Shown here: piece by piece, positions 35,587 to 48,819 of the stretch | Position numbering within the stretch: position 1 is the stretch's first letter | Layout: each line of letters starts with the position of its first letter | Origin: Malacoraja senta | Lineage: Eukaryota | Direction: 5' to 3' | DNA: 64,000 nt | NCBI GenBank assembly: GCA_038087875.1 | Contig: JAXLNO010000630.1 | Coordinates: forward strand, 62,001 to 126,000 | Program-made: the position numbers and the translations under genes | The notes under the pieces: model-generated | The model's input: the letters and a program-made list of their open reading frames with translations, nothing else | The model's database searches: none | Told to the model about the DNA's origin: nothing

Positions 35587-37872
35587 CCTACACAATAGAC
35601 AATAGGTGCAGGAGTAGGCCATTCCTGCCCTCCCCGTATCCCCTAACTCCGCTATCTTTAAGAGCCCTATCTAGCTCTCTCTTGAAAGTATCCAGAGAAC
35701 CGGCCTCCACCGCCCGCTGAGGCAGAGAATTCCACAGACCCACAACTCTCTGTGAGAAAAAGTGTTTCCTCGTCTCCGTTCTAAATGGCTTACCCCTTAT
35801 TCTTAAACTGTGGCCCCTGGATCTGGACTCCCCCAACATCGGGAACATGTTTCCTGCCTCCAGCATGTCCAAACCCTTAACAATCTTATATGTTTCAATA
35901 AGATCCCCTATCATCCTTCTAAACTCCAGACTGTACAAGCCCAGCCGCTCCATTCTCTCAGCATATGACAGTCCCGCCATCCCGGGAATTAACCTTGTAA
36001 ACCTACGCTGCACTCCATCAATAGCACGAATGTCCTTCCTCTAATTAGGGGATCAAAACTGCACACAATACTCCAGGTGTGGTCTCACTAGGGCCGTATA
36101 CAACTGCAGAAGGACCTCTTTGCTCCTATACTCAACTCCTCTTGTTATGAAGGCCAACATGCCATTCGCTTTCTTCACTGCCTGCTGTACCTGCATGCTT
36201 ACTTTCATAGACTGATGAACAAGGACCCCAGATCCCTTTGAACTTCCCCTTTTCCCAACTTGACACCATTTAGATAGTAATCTGCCTTAGTGGTTTTTAT
36301 ACCAAAGTGGATAACATCACATTTATCCACATTAAACTTCATCTGCCATGCGTCTGCCCACTCACCCAACCTGTCCAAGTCATCTTGCATTCTCATAGCA
36401 TCATCCTCACAGTTCACACTGCCACCCAGCTTTGTGTCATCTGCAAATTTGCTAATGTTACTTTGAATTCCTTCATCCAAATCATTGATACATATTGAAA
36501 ATAGATGTGGTCCCAGCACCGAGCCTTGCGGTACCCCACTAGTGACTGCGTGCCATTCTGAAAGGGACCCGTTAATCCCTACTCTTTGTTTCCTGTCTGC
36601 CAACCAATTTTCTATCCATGTCAGCACTCTACCCCCAATAACATGTGCCCTAAATTCGCCCACTAATCTCCTATGTGGGACCATATCAAATGCTTTCTGA
36701 AATTCCAGGTATACTACACTACTTTCACTGGCTATACCTTGTCCATTTTCCAAGTTACATCCTCAAAAAATTCCAGAAGATTAGTCAAGCATGATTTCCC
36801 CTTCGTAAATCCAAGCTGACTTGGACGGATCCTGTTACTCCTATCCAAATGTGCCGCTATTTCATCATTCATAATTGACCAGCATCTTTCCAACCACCGA
36901 TATCAGGCTAACTGGTCTATAATTCCCTGTTTTCTCTCTCCCGCCTTAACAAGTGGAATAACACTAGCTACCCTCCAATCCAGAGGAACTGATCCTGAAT
37001 CTATAGAACATTGGAAAATGATCACCAATGCGTCCATGATTTCCAGACCCATTTCCTTAAGTACTCTGGGATGCAGACCATCAGGCCCTGGGGATTTATC
37101 AGCCTTCAGATCCATCAGTCTACCCAACACGATTTCATGCCTAATGTGGATTCCCTTCAGTTCCTCCGTCACCCCAGATCCACTGGCCACTAGTACATTA
37201 GGAAGATTGTTTGTGTCCTCCTTAGTGAAGACCGCTCCAAAGTAACTGTTCAACCCATCTGCCATTTCCTTGTTCCCCATAATAAATTCACCCTTTTCAG
37301 TCTTCAAGGCTCCAACTAATTGTTTCTTCTTCACATACCTAAAGAAGCTTTTACTATCCTCCTTTATATTCTTGGCTAGTTTACCTTCGTACCTCATCTT
37401 TTCTCCCCGTACTGTATTTTTAGTTATCTTCTGTTGCTCTTTAAACATTACCCAATCCTCTTGCTTCCCGCCTATCTTTGCTACGTTGTACTTCTTCTCT
37501 TTTATTTTTATACTGTCCCTGACATCCCTTGTCAGCCACGGTCGCCCCTTACTCCCCTTGGAATCTTTCCTCTTTGGAATGAACTGATCCTGTACGTTCT
37601 GTATTATTCCTAGAAATACCTGCCATTGTTGTTCCACTGTCATCCCTGCTATGGTAACTTTCCAGTCAACTTTGGCCAGCTCCTCCCTCATGGCTCCATA
37701 GGTAGCCCTTTATTCAACTCTAACACTGACATCTCCAATTCACCCTTCTCCCTCTCCAATTGTGGATTAAACTTGACAATATTATGGTCACTACCTCAGA
37801 ATGGCTCCTTCACCTCAAGTTCCTTTATCAAATCTGGTTAATTACATAACACTAAATCCAGAATTGTCTTCT
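35587..37872 (-). mobile_element. CR1 LINE, 5'-truncated
   Basis: ORFs with SGVPQGSVLGP, FADDTKL and KSPGPDGLHPRVLKE; (ATTGTCT)n tail. Confidence 0.95.
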
Positions 37873-38026
37873 CCAACCTGAACCAACCTGATCTCCCGGT
37901 TGCTGGACACTTTAATTCTCCTTCCCATTCCCACACAGACCTTTCTGTCTTCAGTCTTCTCAGAGTGAGTGAAGCTAAACACAAATCGGAGGAACAGCAT
38001 TTCATATTTTGCTTGGCAGCTTATAG

Positions 38027-39065
38027 TAGGTATGTTACAAAACTTACCTTCAGTCGCGCTGTAATTCTGCCACTGGCCGTGTGCGCGATTTTGGCGCCTT
38101 TAAGCGGGGGGCGGGGTTAAAACGCGGTTTCTCCTTCCTTGTCCTGGAAATATTTTGTTGGAGTACAAAACTTCGCTGACAAAATCGTTCCTACCGGCGT
38201 TTTGTGAATTTTTTTTTATTATTAAATCGTCAATGTCAGCGCTAGTCATTTTAAAAGCAGCTCCTGAAGCGTCAACGCCAATAACGGGGACGGATTTCAC
38301 ACAATGGACAGGTAAACGAAAGTGCTTTCTTTAAATGTATAAAAGTGCTTCTTAAGAAGCCTTTAATTCACATTTTGTCATGCGACACGGTGATTTTATT
38401 CCCCGAATTAACGGCAGTATTTTTCATGCCAATACGGGGTTAAATTCACCGCAAATGAACGTTCCAAAAGATCGCGTTCCAGAAATTCTCACTCGCAAGA
38501 TGAATTAAATCCCCATTAATTTACAGGTATTAAACATTCAATTCCTTCCATTTGGCCTGTAAATTCATGAAAATTAGATTTTAAAATTATGTTATATTGT
38601 GAATTATTGTGTGAATGTTATTTGGACACTTAGGCTATTTAAAAATGTTAATCTATTCTTAAGAAATTGATAGATGTTTAGATCTAGTAATTGAATTTTG
38701 TAATTAGCTTCAATTAGGTAACTAACTAATTATATGCTTTACTTTCATGTCTTCGAAGTAAGATTGTTTCATATTTGTTTCAGAATGCTTCAATCTATAA
38801 TACCTGAAAATTTCTTTCAGTTACCATAATTTTTAAGGAAGTTATGGGCTTTTAACTGTCCTCGATCACAGCTTTTGTGTTAAGTCAATGGAAAAGCAAT
38901 AGGGAACTAGATGCTAATTTCTGAGTATGATAATGGCCATAACTTTTTTAATACTGAAGATATGAAAGCGAATTAAGTGTCAAATTAAACTTCTTTTTAT
39001 GCTTTATCTGATGGGATAAATTGCAGACTTTATTTTTTAAATCTCAAAATTTTGTAACATTGCTA
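38027..39065. mobile_element. Non-autonomous DNA transposon (1039 bp), 16-bp imperfect TIRs, 7-bp TSD CTTATAG
   Basis: TAGGTATGTTACAAAA ... TTTTGTAACATTGCTA; CTTATAG at 38020-38026 and 39066-39072. Confidence 0.88.
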
Positions 39066-39308
39066 CTTATAGCCCAGTGGTATGAATCTTGATTTGTCCC
39101 ACATCAGGTAGCCCCGGCATTCCCTCTCTCTCTCTATCCCTCGCCCACCCAAGTCGCACCAGCTTCTCATTTTCACCCTACAAACAGCTTACAATGGACC
39201 GTTTCCTTTATCGACGTCACTTTTTTACATATTTTTCATTCATTGTACTTTATCATCCAACTTTTCCAGCACCGTCTATATCTCTTGGTTCCCTTATCCC
39301 TAACCAGT

Positions 39309-39336
39309 CTGAAGAAAGGTCTCAACCCGAAACGTC
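39309..39336 (+). ncRNA. Minimal hammerhead-ribozyme-like core in the Penelope pLTR (stem II mutated)
   Basis: CTGAAGA-AAGGTCTCAACCC-GAAACGTC. Confidence 0.5.
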
Positions 39337-39454
39337 ACCCATTCCTTTTCTCCAGAGATGCTTTCTCTCCCGCTGAGTTACTCCAGCTTTTTGTGTCTAT
39401 CTTCGGTTTAAAGCAGCATCTATAGTTCCTTCTTAGACAACAAACAACCTGTTA

Positions 39455-40153
39455 AGGGCCTGTCCCACTTACGTGTCCTTGGCACGCAAATTACACAACC
39501 TCGTGGTCGCATTGAGCCAAGACGGTCGAGCGAAGGTCAGGCGCGATTACATGCGTACGCACAGCCGTCTGGAGCGCGTGATGTCATTTGAAGATGGACA
39601 CAAAGCTGGAGTAACTCAGCGGGACCGGCAGCGTCTCTGGAGAGAAGCAATGAGTGATGTTTCGTGTTGAGACCCTTCCTCAGTCTGAAAAGAAGGGTCT
39701 TGACCCGAAACATCACCCATTCCTTCTCTCCAGAGATGCTTCCGGTCCCGCTGAGTTACTCCTGCATTTTGTGTCTACAATTTTCTTGGCCCCGCTCTGG
39801 GAGTAGGAGTGGGGCCAGATCCGGACCGCAACGGCCGTGAGCCCCAAACCGAGTTCGACGATCGTTTGCCTGTTTCTGCTGCTGTTGAAGGTGGGACGTT
39901 GCGTCGCGCCAGGGTCTTGGGCCTGTCCCACTTTGGCCGTCAGTTACGCTACAGGCCGTTGGCGCGCAAAGATTTCGTTCACTGCAAGAATTTTGGAGCC
40001 CCGCGCGATGTGAGGACCGGCCCGCACAACTCCATACACCTCCGTGCTTCTAAGTGGGTCCGGCCCCGCGCGGCCATTCGGTGCCCGTACGCCTCAAGCG
40101 ACCACGAGGTCGCGTAATTTGCGAGCCAAGCACGCGTAAGTGGGACAGGCCCT
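39455..40153. mobile_element. PIF/Harbinger-type MITE with a nested Penelope hairpin (~39590-39780)
   Basis: 19-bp TIR AGGGCCTGTCCCACTTACG / CGTAAGTGGGACAGGCCCT; TTA TSD on both sides. Confidence 0.9.
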
Positions 40154-40497
40154 TTAGTCTGTTTTGGTTGCGCTGGTACTTAAGCTAATTAGAAACTCCT
40201 GCTCCATAATGAATCATTTTTTAAAGACTATTTACACACAGAAGAGAACTCCAATTCATGGCCTAGTGTTTTGCACAGAGTGAAGAGAATTTCAACAACC
40301 TTGAGGGGTACAAACCACAGCGATTACCCTCTCGATCTCCAAATGTTGTACCAAGTGTGTTACTTTTAAAAATCCTAGACATTGCACAACAGGGATATGA
40401 AACCAGGGTGGACATACACAATTTTAATCTCGTATTTTAAACAGATGGGCTGAAAGGGCTGTTGCCTTGCTGTATAACTATGATTTCAATTTCCACA

Positions 40498-41005
40498 TAG
40501 GGTTGCCAACTGTCCCGTATTAGCCGGGACATCCCGGATTTTGGGCTAAATTGGTTTGTCCCATAAGGGACCACCCTTGTCCCATATTTGACTGCTACTA
40601 CTCGGGTCGAGGGGACTGTCCGGTTGGATCGCCGTGTCACCCATCCCAACGTAGTACAGTGCATGGAGTGCAGCAGCATTGCCTCTCCCGTGGCCCTGTC
40701 AGTCGGCAGCCCGGCCAGCTGACCGACCTTCGGACCTTCGCTTACCACCGACACCACCACCCCTCCTTCTCATGGCCGATCATCGGTTCATGAGTTGGAT
40801 AGGGTGCCGGACAATGTGCGCAATGTCGTTCGGGCTAAAAGTCCTCAGCTGGCCTGCCGGCTGGGCTTTGTGTGCAGTCCAGCACCTGGGCCAACTTATC
40901 GTTCATCCAACCACGGCCGAGTCGGTCAACGAATTGCCGTTGGGAATTTGTCCTGTATTTTCACTTTTTTTCCCTTATTTGGGAGTGAGAAAGTTGGCAA
41001 CCCTG
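40498..41005. mobile_element. hAT-type MITE
   Basis: TIR TAGGGTTGCCAACT / AGTTGGCAACCCTG; 8-bp TSD TTTCCACA versus TTCCCACA. Confidence 0.88.
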
Positions 41006-41086
41006 TTCCCACAGGTAATCGCACTCTGCCTCAACTAGAAAGCTTCCTAACGTCGGACAAGTAACTGCAACTAGTGTTTCCCCATA

Positions 41087-41430
41087 AATGAGAAGAATTG
41101 ATCGGGTAGATGAACAGAGTCTCTTGCCCAGAGTAGGGGAATCGAGGACCAGAGGACATAGGCTTAAGGTGAAGGGGAAAAGATTTAACAGGAATCTGAG
41201 GGGTAACCTTTTCACACAGAGGGTGGTTGGTGTATGGAACAAGCTGCCAGAGGAGATAGTTGAGGCTGGGACTATCCCAACATTTAAGAAACATTAAGAC
41301 AGGTACATGGATAGGATAGTTTGGGAGGGGTATCGGCCAAATGCCGGCAGGTGGGACGAGTGTAGCTCGGACATGTTGGCCGGCGTGGGCATGTTGGGCC
41401 AAAGGTCCTGTTGCCATGCTATATAACTAA
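41087..41430 (+). mobile_element. CR1 3' fragment
   Basis: ESRTRGHRLKVKG...FTQRVVGVWNKLP. Confidence 0.85.
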
Positions 41431-41820
41431 ATGCAGAAAGTGATTTTGATTTGACAGCCCACAAATTTCTCTGCACTCTGGTGATATTTTTCTCAATTCA
41501 GTTCAGTTTAGTTTATTGTCACGTGTACCAAGGTACAGTGAACAGGTTTTTGTGCTATCCAGTTAACAGAAAGATAATACATCATTACGATCGAGCTATA
41601 TACAGAACAAGGTAAAGCAAGCAAATTCTGACCAAGGATAGTCCGAGGGTCACCAATAAGGTAGATAGTAATTCAATAAGGTAGATAGCAATTCTGGTTG
41701 TGCAGTTGAGCAATTCCTAGACCAAGTGATGCTGAGAGAATATCACTGCATTATTTTGCGAATCATAGATTGACACTGGATGATGCTGGAGTAACTCATC
41801 TCTCGATAGAAGGAATGGGT

Positions 41821-41848
41821 GACGTTTCGGGTCGAGACCCATCTTCAG
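41821..41848 (-). ncRNA. Minimal hammerhead-ribozyme-like core
   Basis: rc = CTGAAGA-T-GGGTC-TC-GACCC-GAAACGTC. Confidence 0.55.
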
Positions 41849-42833
41849 AGTCTTTGTACATAATGTACAAACTTGTGAGCATCAGAAAGAGTTTTCTTTC
41901 AATAAATTACAGTGTAACTTTCAAAGCCCAACCCAAGAGCTGTTCTTACCTGGTATGTGCAAACTTCGGGGCAATTCCAGACAAATAACTGGCATATCTA
42001 ATTCAGTTTGCACAAATTCCGAATTGTAGATAAGAAGTTTGTTTTGCCAGCATATTTACAGTTCCAATTAAGCAAAAAAATAATAATAATAATATTGTTT
42101 TGAATGGTCAAAGCAAATGAAGGGTCCCGTACCTGAAATGTTAATGTTTCTCCTTCCACAGATGCTGCCTGACCTGCTGAGAGAGTTTCCAGCATTTTGT
42201 TTCGGGTTTTGCAGCATCTGCACGTTTGGTTTCCCCAAGGGGCTCTCGCCTGTATTTATACCCTTGACATCTGCCAAACTTGACAATGAGTTGTAGAGGG
42301 ATCTTCATAATTACTGGAAGTTGGTGAGTGGAGGTGGGCGACTTGTGTCGGAAGGAACTTACACTGAAAATAGACATGAAAGGCTGGAGTAACTCAGCGG
42401 GTCAAGCAGCATCTCTGGAGAAAATGGAACAGGTGACATTTCGTGTCGAGACCCTTCTTCAGGCTACTTGCTTTTTCCACACAAAGGGTGGTTGAGGTGG
42501 GGTCTATCCCAACGTTAAAGAAACAGTTAGATAGGTACATGGATAGGACAAGTTTAGAGGGATATGGGCCAAACGCAGGCAGGTGGGATGAATGTAGACA
42601 AGGCATGTTGCTCGGAGTGGGCAAGTTGAGCTGAAGGGCCTGTTCCCATAATGTACAACTATGATATAATAAATGTGCATACATACTTATATAACCTCAC
42701 AACGACACCTTAATATGGGCCAAAGACCAACATGGCCATTGTTCTGTTAGTAAAATGGATGGACAACACAAGAGCAATTGGAACAACACCGAACTTCCCA
42801 CCAAAACACACAGCTAGTCAATGTCTTCAGCGT

Positions 42834-42861
42834 CTGAGGAAGGGTCCCGACCCGAAACGTC
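42834..42861 (+). ncRNA. Minimal hammerhead-ribozyme-like core
   Basis: CTGAGGA-A-GGGTC-CC-GACCC-GAAACGTC. Confidence 0.55.
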
Positions 42862-43054
42862 ACCCATTCCTTCTCTCCAGAGATGCTGCCTGGTGATCTA
42901 TGGTCAGTATTGGCTGTGAGCCGAAGAGCCCAATACCATCCTGTATTACTAAGCTAAACCTAAAAGTGATGTCGTTCGAATCTACGACTAGTCTTGGATA
43001 GTTACATTTCTGAGCAGAAGTCGTGGCACTTGTATGGTCATGGGAAAACCAGAA

Positions 43055-43063
43055 ACACACAGA

Positions 43064-43119
<56 letters not shown>

Positions 43120-43591
43120 GAGACACACAGAGGCGCACACACAGACATACACACAGACATACACACACAGACATACACACACAGACATACACACAGACAT
43201 ACACACAGACATACACACAGACATACACACAGACACACACACAGACACACACACACAGAGACAGACACACAGACACACACACACAAAGACGCGCAGAGAC
43301 GCAAACACAGACACACACACACACACAGACACACAGACACACACACAGCACACAGAGACGCACACAGACACACAGACAGACACACAGAAACATGCACAGA
43401 CACACACACAGGCGCACACACATACACACACAGACACACACACAGACACAGATGCACACACAGAGGCACACAGTATCACACTCAGACAGAGATGCACAGA
43501 CACACACACATACACACAGACACACACGCACACACACACAGAACACACACACACACACCATACAGACACACAGACAGATACACACACACAC
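43055..43591. repeat. Compound (CA)n / CAGACA microsatellite
   Basis: Directly visible; it explains the six low-complexity ORFs here. Confidence 0.99.
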
Positions 43592-45728
43592 CGATGTTAG
43601 CAGAAACCTGAGGAGGAGATTTTACTGCCAACTGGATGAGTTATACATGTCATTTGGCACCTGACTGTGAGAGAGAACATGTGCGTATTGAAGTGCTCGA
43701 GAGAAGAGATCCTGATAATCTGACTCACTTGGAAAGGCAGATTCCCCATCAACCTAACCTCTGACTTTGCAGCAAAACAACAACAGAGTGCTGGAGTAAC
43801 TCAGCGGGCCAGGCAGCATCTCTGGTGAACATTGACTTATTTGCAGTTTGCATTTTTTGCGGTTTGTTTACATAGACATTTAGCACCAAGAGGAAAGGCA
43901 GGCAGCAACTGTTTAGTCAAGAGGAGGACTAATAATATTGTGCTGTCAAGACTGAAGGAAGTACAAGCCCATGTTTAAATAAAAACGCGCTAGAGTAATT
44001 CAGCGGGTCACGCAACATCTCTGAAGGCGAATAGGCAACATGTAGGTTTGAGATGTTTAAGAAGGAACTGCAGATGCTGGAAAATCGACGATAGACAAAA
44101 GTGCTGGAGAAACTCAGCGGGTGCAGCAGCATCTATGGAGCGAAGGAAATAGGCAACGTTTTTTTAGCTGAAACCCTTCTTCTGATTCCACTTCTTCAGG
44201 CCTGTTCATAAAGTATAGGAGCAGAATTAGGCCATGCGGCCCATCAAGTCTACTCCGCCATTCAATCATGGCTGATCTATCTCTCCCTCTCAATCCCATT
44301 CTCCCTCCTTCTCCCAACAACACCCATACTAATCAAGAATCTGTCAATCTCTGCCTTTAAAATGTACGTTGGAGTATAAATTAATTTTAAAGCAAGGAAC
44401 TGCAAATTCTGGTTTACAAAAAAAAAGACACAAAGTGCTGGAGTAACTCAGCAGGCCAGTTAGCACCTCTGGAGAACATGGAGGTCACGTTTCGAGTCGA
44501 GACCAGAAATATGTTGCATTGGGTTTTTTCTGGTAAAACTCAGATTCTAAATGAACGTCCACAAGTCTAGGTGTACCTTAAAAATAGCTCCATTCTCAGT
44601 TGAAAAAGGAACAGCATTCTAGTAAAGTTAAGATAATCTGGAAATGCTGGCACGTGAAGTTTAAAGACAGACTTGGAACCAAAGACAGCTAATAGTGGAT
44701 TAAATGGGAGGCAATAAGTGTAATTTGCCGTTAATCTTATGGAAATCCATTACTATGCCCATGCCAAAAGTTTTCAAAGCAAAAAGAAAATAAAACTAAT
44801 TAACTGCGTTCTATTGGTTTTTTCACCCAATATGCTCATAACCGGTTTTACTTGTTTACTTGTGATTGTGTTATTAATTTGGTGTTCTGGCCATTTAGCT
44901 GCTGTAGTATCAACTTCAACACAAGTCGTGGCACAGTGGCTCTGCAGTAGAGTTGCTGGAGGGAATGGATTACAGAGGTCACGGGGAGAACGTTCAAACT
45001 CCACAGACAGCACCCATAGTCAGGATCGAACCCGGGTCTCTTGCGCTGTAAAGCAGCAACTCTACCGCTGTGCCATCATGCTGCCCATTTAAAGGCTTCT
45101 TAACCACCACTTATCTGCCTTCACCACAATCTCTAGCAGTGTGTTCTAGGCACACACAACCTTGTGTATAAAAAAAACTTGCTCTGAACATCTTTAGATT
45201 TTGCCCTTCTCTCCTTAAAGCTACGTCCTGTGGTCTTTGACATTTCCACAGTGAGAAAACTGTTGGCTGAAATATTTTGGTTCAAAAGGTGACAGTGATT
45301 TCTTGCTAATGCGATAGATATCAGATTGTACTTTTACACACTTCCAGGATCAAACAGTGCAGGACAAGAACAGGCCCTTCGGCCCACAATGTCCATGCCA
45401 AACCGTTATATTATGTATATTTTCCAAACAATATTTAATATATTGAGCCTAATGTACAGCAGGATTACCACTGAACTGTATGCAGAAGTACAATTTCACT
45501 CTACTTGGGAACACATGACAATAAAGTCCCATTGAATGTGGGAATCTAAACAGGCTCCTGGTCTGCATTCTGAAATCCAGTTTAATGAGATATTCTCCCA
45601 TCAGGTCTCAGGAGCTCACCCACGAGAACAAGATATACCAATACTTAAAACAAATTTGAACATGCTTCATGTCAAATGCAAGTTAACTGCATCCCACAAC
45701 AGTTAGACAAGGAGACATTATAAAAGAC

Positions 45729-45911
45729 AAGTGCTGGAGTAACTCAGCGGGTCAGGTAACATCTCTGGAGAACATGGATAGGTGACGTTTCACAGAGTGC
45801 TGGAGTAACTCAGCGGGTCAGGCAGCATCTCTGTAGAACATGGATAGGTGACATTTCAGAGTGCTGGAGTAACTCAGCGGGTCAGGCAGCAACTCTGGAG
45901 AACATGGATAG
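45729..45911. repeat. Three ~61-bp tandem copies of the Penelope hairpin arm
   Basis: AGTGCTGGAGTAACTCAGCGGGTCAGG...GAACATGGATAG x3. Confidence 0.9.
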
Positions 45912-46384
45912 TAAACATTTTGGATTGAGACCCTTCCTCAGATCAGACCTGAAACATCACTGAACCATGTGCCCCAGAGAAGCTGCTTGACCAGTTACTC
46001 CAGCATTTTGTGTCTTTTCATTGTACACCAACATCTGCTGCTCCTCGTTTGTCGGCAATTCGAGAATATGCACTCCATGATTCAAATTTGCATTCAAATA
46101 CCGCATGAATCGTAGAGTTTCACCTCAACACTGACAGCTAAAGGTTGACCAGGTCAGAATCAAGATCTAGATTCAGAAATAACACTTTCAACATCATTTA
46201 GCTTCAGAGTCAAATCAGATAAGGAAACCTCACAACTACATACGTAGACTTGGGGGCATTGGTTTTGTCTTTTTGCACTATTATTTAGTGTGGGTGTATG
46301 TGTGATACACACATATACAATGTACACACATATATATACATATACATATGCATCCTTACATATACACATACATACATAGATATA

Positions 46385-47383
46385 TCTATATAACTAAAAG
46401 TCTCATCATGACCATTTCCTGTTTGCACTGCATATTGATTTTAGAAAAAACGCTACCACTTATGGCTGTGATTGTTGGCCATCTTACTCCGAGTCCCCCT
46501 CGGCTGCACAGGACAAGAGGATTTTTCCCATTGATGAAAAATAAAAGAGTTATTAGTGTTTAAACAATGTTGAGATTCTCTCTCCTGAAGGCCGCGCGCC
46601 TTCCGGAGGGACTATAAAACCAGGAAGTGTTGAGCGCCTCAGTCATTCTCTGCAAGATGGGGGAGCAAGAGGGTCACGTCTCTCAGTCTGAGCTGTGAAT
46701 AACACTGAACACATGTCTACTAACCTGTGAGTGGATTTACTGACCTGTCAGTGCCCTTGATATGGTTTGAAAATATAGTTTGGAAATGCTAAAGCTGTGT
46801 TGCCTTTGGTTTGGAAATGCTAAAGTTGTGTTGCCTTTGGTTTGGTAATGCTAAAGCTGTGTTGCCTTTGGTTTGGAAATGCAAAAGCTGTGCAGCCTAA
46901 TTAAAGTTGTCTTGCCTAATTAAAGTTGCCTTGCCTAATTAAAGTTGCCTTGCCTTCTATATAATTAAAAGTCTAATCTTGACCACTTCCTGTTTGCGCT
47001 TTATATTGATTTTAGAAAAAACGCTACCACGTATGGCTGTGATTTTTGGCGATCTTACTCAGAGTCCTCCTCCGCTCATCAGGTGCCAAGGATTTCTCCC
47101 ATCGATGAAAAATAAAAGAGTTATTAGTGTTTTAAAAATGTTGAGATTCTCTCTCATGTAAATCACGCCATGAAAGCCATGCCCTTTCTGGTGGGGGGGG
47201 GGGACTATAAAACCCAGAAGTGTGGGCATGGCTCAGTCTCTGCAAGATGGAGGAGGGAGAGGTCACTAGCGCTCCAGGAAGCCCCCCCCCACCCCCCACT
47301 GGCCGCCAATATTGGAATTGGTGGAGAGGTGGAATATTGTATTAGGGGACCAGCCCTCCCGTGTGAACATGGGACCCATGGGT
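46385..47383 (+). mobile_element. Helitron-like non-autonomous element with two tandem 5' ends (46385, 46956) and 31-bp and ~19-bp minisatellites
   Basis: A|TCTATATA start repeated twice with ~280 bp of homologous sequence; partial terminal hairpin GGGACCC-ATGGGT; the final CTAG is missing. Confidence 0.6.
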
Positions 47384-47779
47384 GAAGAAGTTTTATCTCA
47401 TCTCAGACTTAACACACATACATACACACACTGATCTTTTTTTCCTCTCTTTTGGCCTCCTCCTGCACCTATTTTCTATGTTTCTAAGTTTCTTTTGTCA
47501 TATTGTTTACAGTGTACTATGTTTACATATTCTGTTGTACTGCTGCAAGTAAGAATCTCATTGTCCTATCCAGGACATATGACAATAAAAAACTTCTAAC
47601 TTTCTTAGTGACAAGCAGCTGACCACTAATAAACCTCAGACCATTTATAAAATGTTAAAAGCTATTCAATTTTAAATGGTGGCACTGTTTATGCAGTGCT
47701 AAAAAAATGTCCAAGTGCATTGTTAATTTCAATAATTATAGATAATGTCACGTTAAAGTATTTAAAAGACACATCTCCA

Positions 47780-48333
47780 GTCAGATCGGAGCGTGGAGAG
47801 CTGCGGTGATGCGCGGCTGTGACCCGACCCCGGAGATACGGAGGCTCCAGCCGCAGGTCTGGTGGACGGTGACATCGGGAGCTCGCGGGTCCCTGGTGGG
47901 AGACTGCTTTTCGGAGCTCCCGCAACGGTAACTTCTCCCGCCCGAGTTGCGGGGTTGAAGATGACCTGGAGCTGGGTCTAACATCGCCCTGCGCTGCTTT
48001 AATGGCCGCGGGACTTGCTCGCGCTACCAGGGGCTCCAACATCCAGACCTGGAGGGCGGCCTTGCATCGCCCGGCGCGACTTTAATGGCCGCGGGACTTA
48101 TTTTCCATCGCCCGCTGGGGGCTCTGACTCTGACATCGGGAGGAGAATGGGGAGTGCAGGGGAGAGATAAGACTTTGCCTTCCATCACAGCGAGGAGATT
48201 CGCTGTGATGGATGTTTGTGTAAATTGTGTTGTCTTGGTTCTTTTTACTTGTTTGTATGACTGCAGAAACCAAATTTCGTTTGAACTTCATTTGAGGTTC
48301 AAATGACAATAAATGGTATTGTATTGTATTGTA
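47780..48333 (+). mobile_element. GC-rich non-autonomous retroelement, second copy of 4240-4985
   Basis: Homology to 4240-4790; AATAAA plus (ATTGT)n tail. Confidence 0.75.
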
Positions 48334-48819
48334 TGTATTCACCAACATAGGGAAATAAGACCATATTTTGCATTTGCCTCACAGACAAGTCGGAAGCAAG
48401 CAGAGTTGATTTTGAGAAAGTCATTTTACAGATACAGAAAGGTCTGGATCCAGCAGATAGCCCAGACTCCTTGTTCAAAGCAATCTCTCCCTGGTAAACC
48501 AATGCTCCATGGAGCTTGGTCCTGGAATATGACAGGCAACGAAGTTCCAGATGAAATTCTCTTTTCCGATATTGACTGGTAGCTGTTCAGGGACGATTGA
48601 CGGAAGTAAACTGCTGAGCTGGTTTAATCTGCACTGTGCTCCCACACAGACTGTGTGACTTCCACTTTGAAGAGCGTGGGGAAAACAAAACGCAACTCCG
48701 CAGTGCCAGAAAGTTACTTCATATTTTGAACAGCCTTCACTGTGATTTGACACATGTAGATCAGTGTCACTCATGTTATGAGTCATACTTTGTAGTTACG
48801 ACCACTAGCTTTACAGTAA

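Larger units (their letters stand above)
37873..39435 (+). mobile_element. Penelope-like element 3' part (GIY-YIG endonuclease C-terminus + pLTR), split by a DNA transposon
   Basis: NQPDLPVAGHFNSPSHSHTDLSV...EEQHFIF at 37880-38020 continues as PSGMN at 39073, followed by a pyrimidine-rich UTR and a hammerhead-like core at 39309. Confidence 0.85.

Noticed and set aside
41950..41998. Possible minus-strand exon ending CCAG|GTAAGA as a downstream Mx exon
   Set aside because: No frame resembles the Mx stalk, and the acceptor is weak.
42860..43664. Six long Cys/Val- or His/Thr-rich ORFs
   Set aside because: Translations of a (CA)n microsatellite.
48630..48745. CACAGTG heptamers as V(D)J recombination signals
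   Set aside because: No nonamer at 12/23 spacing and no V or J segments.
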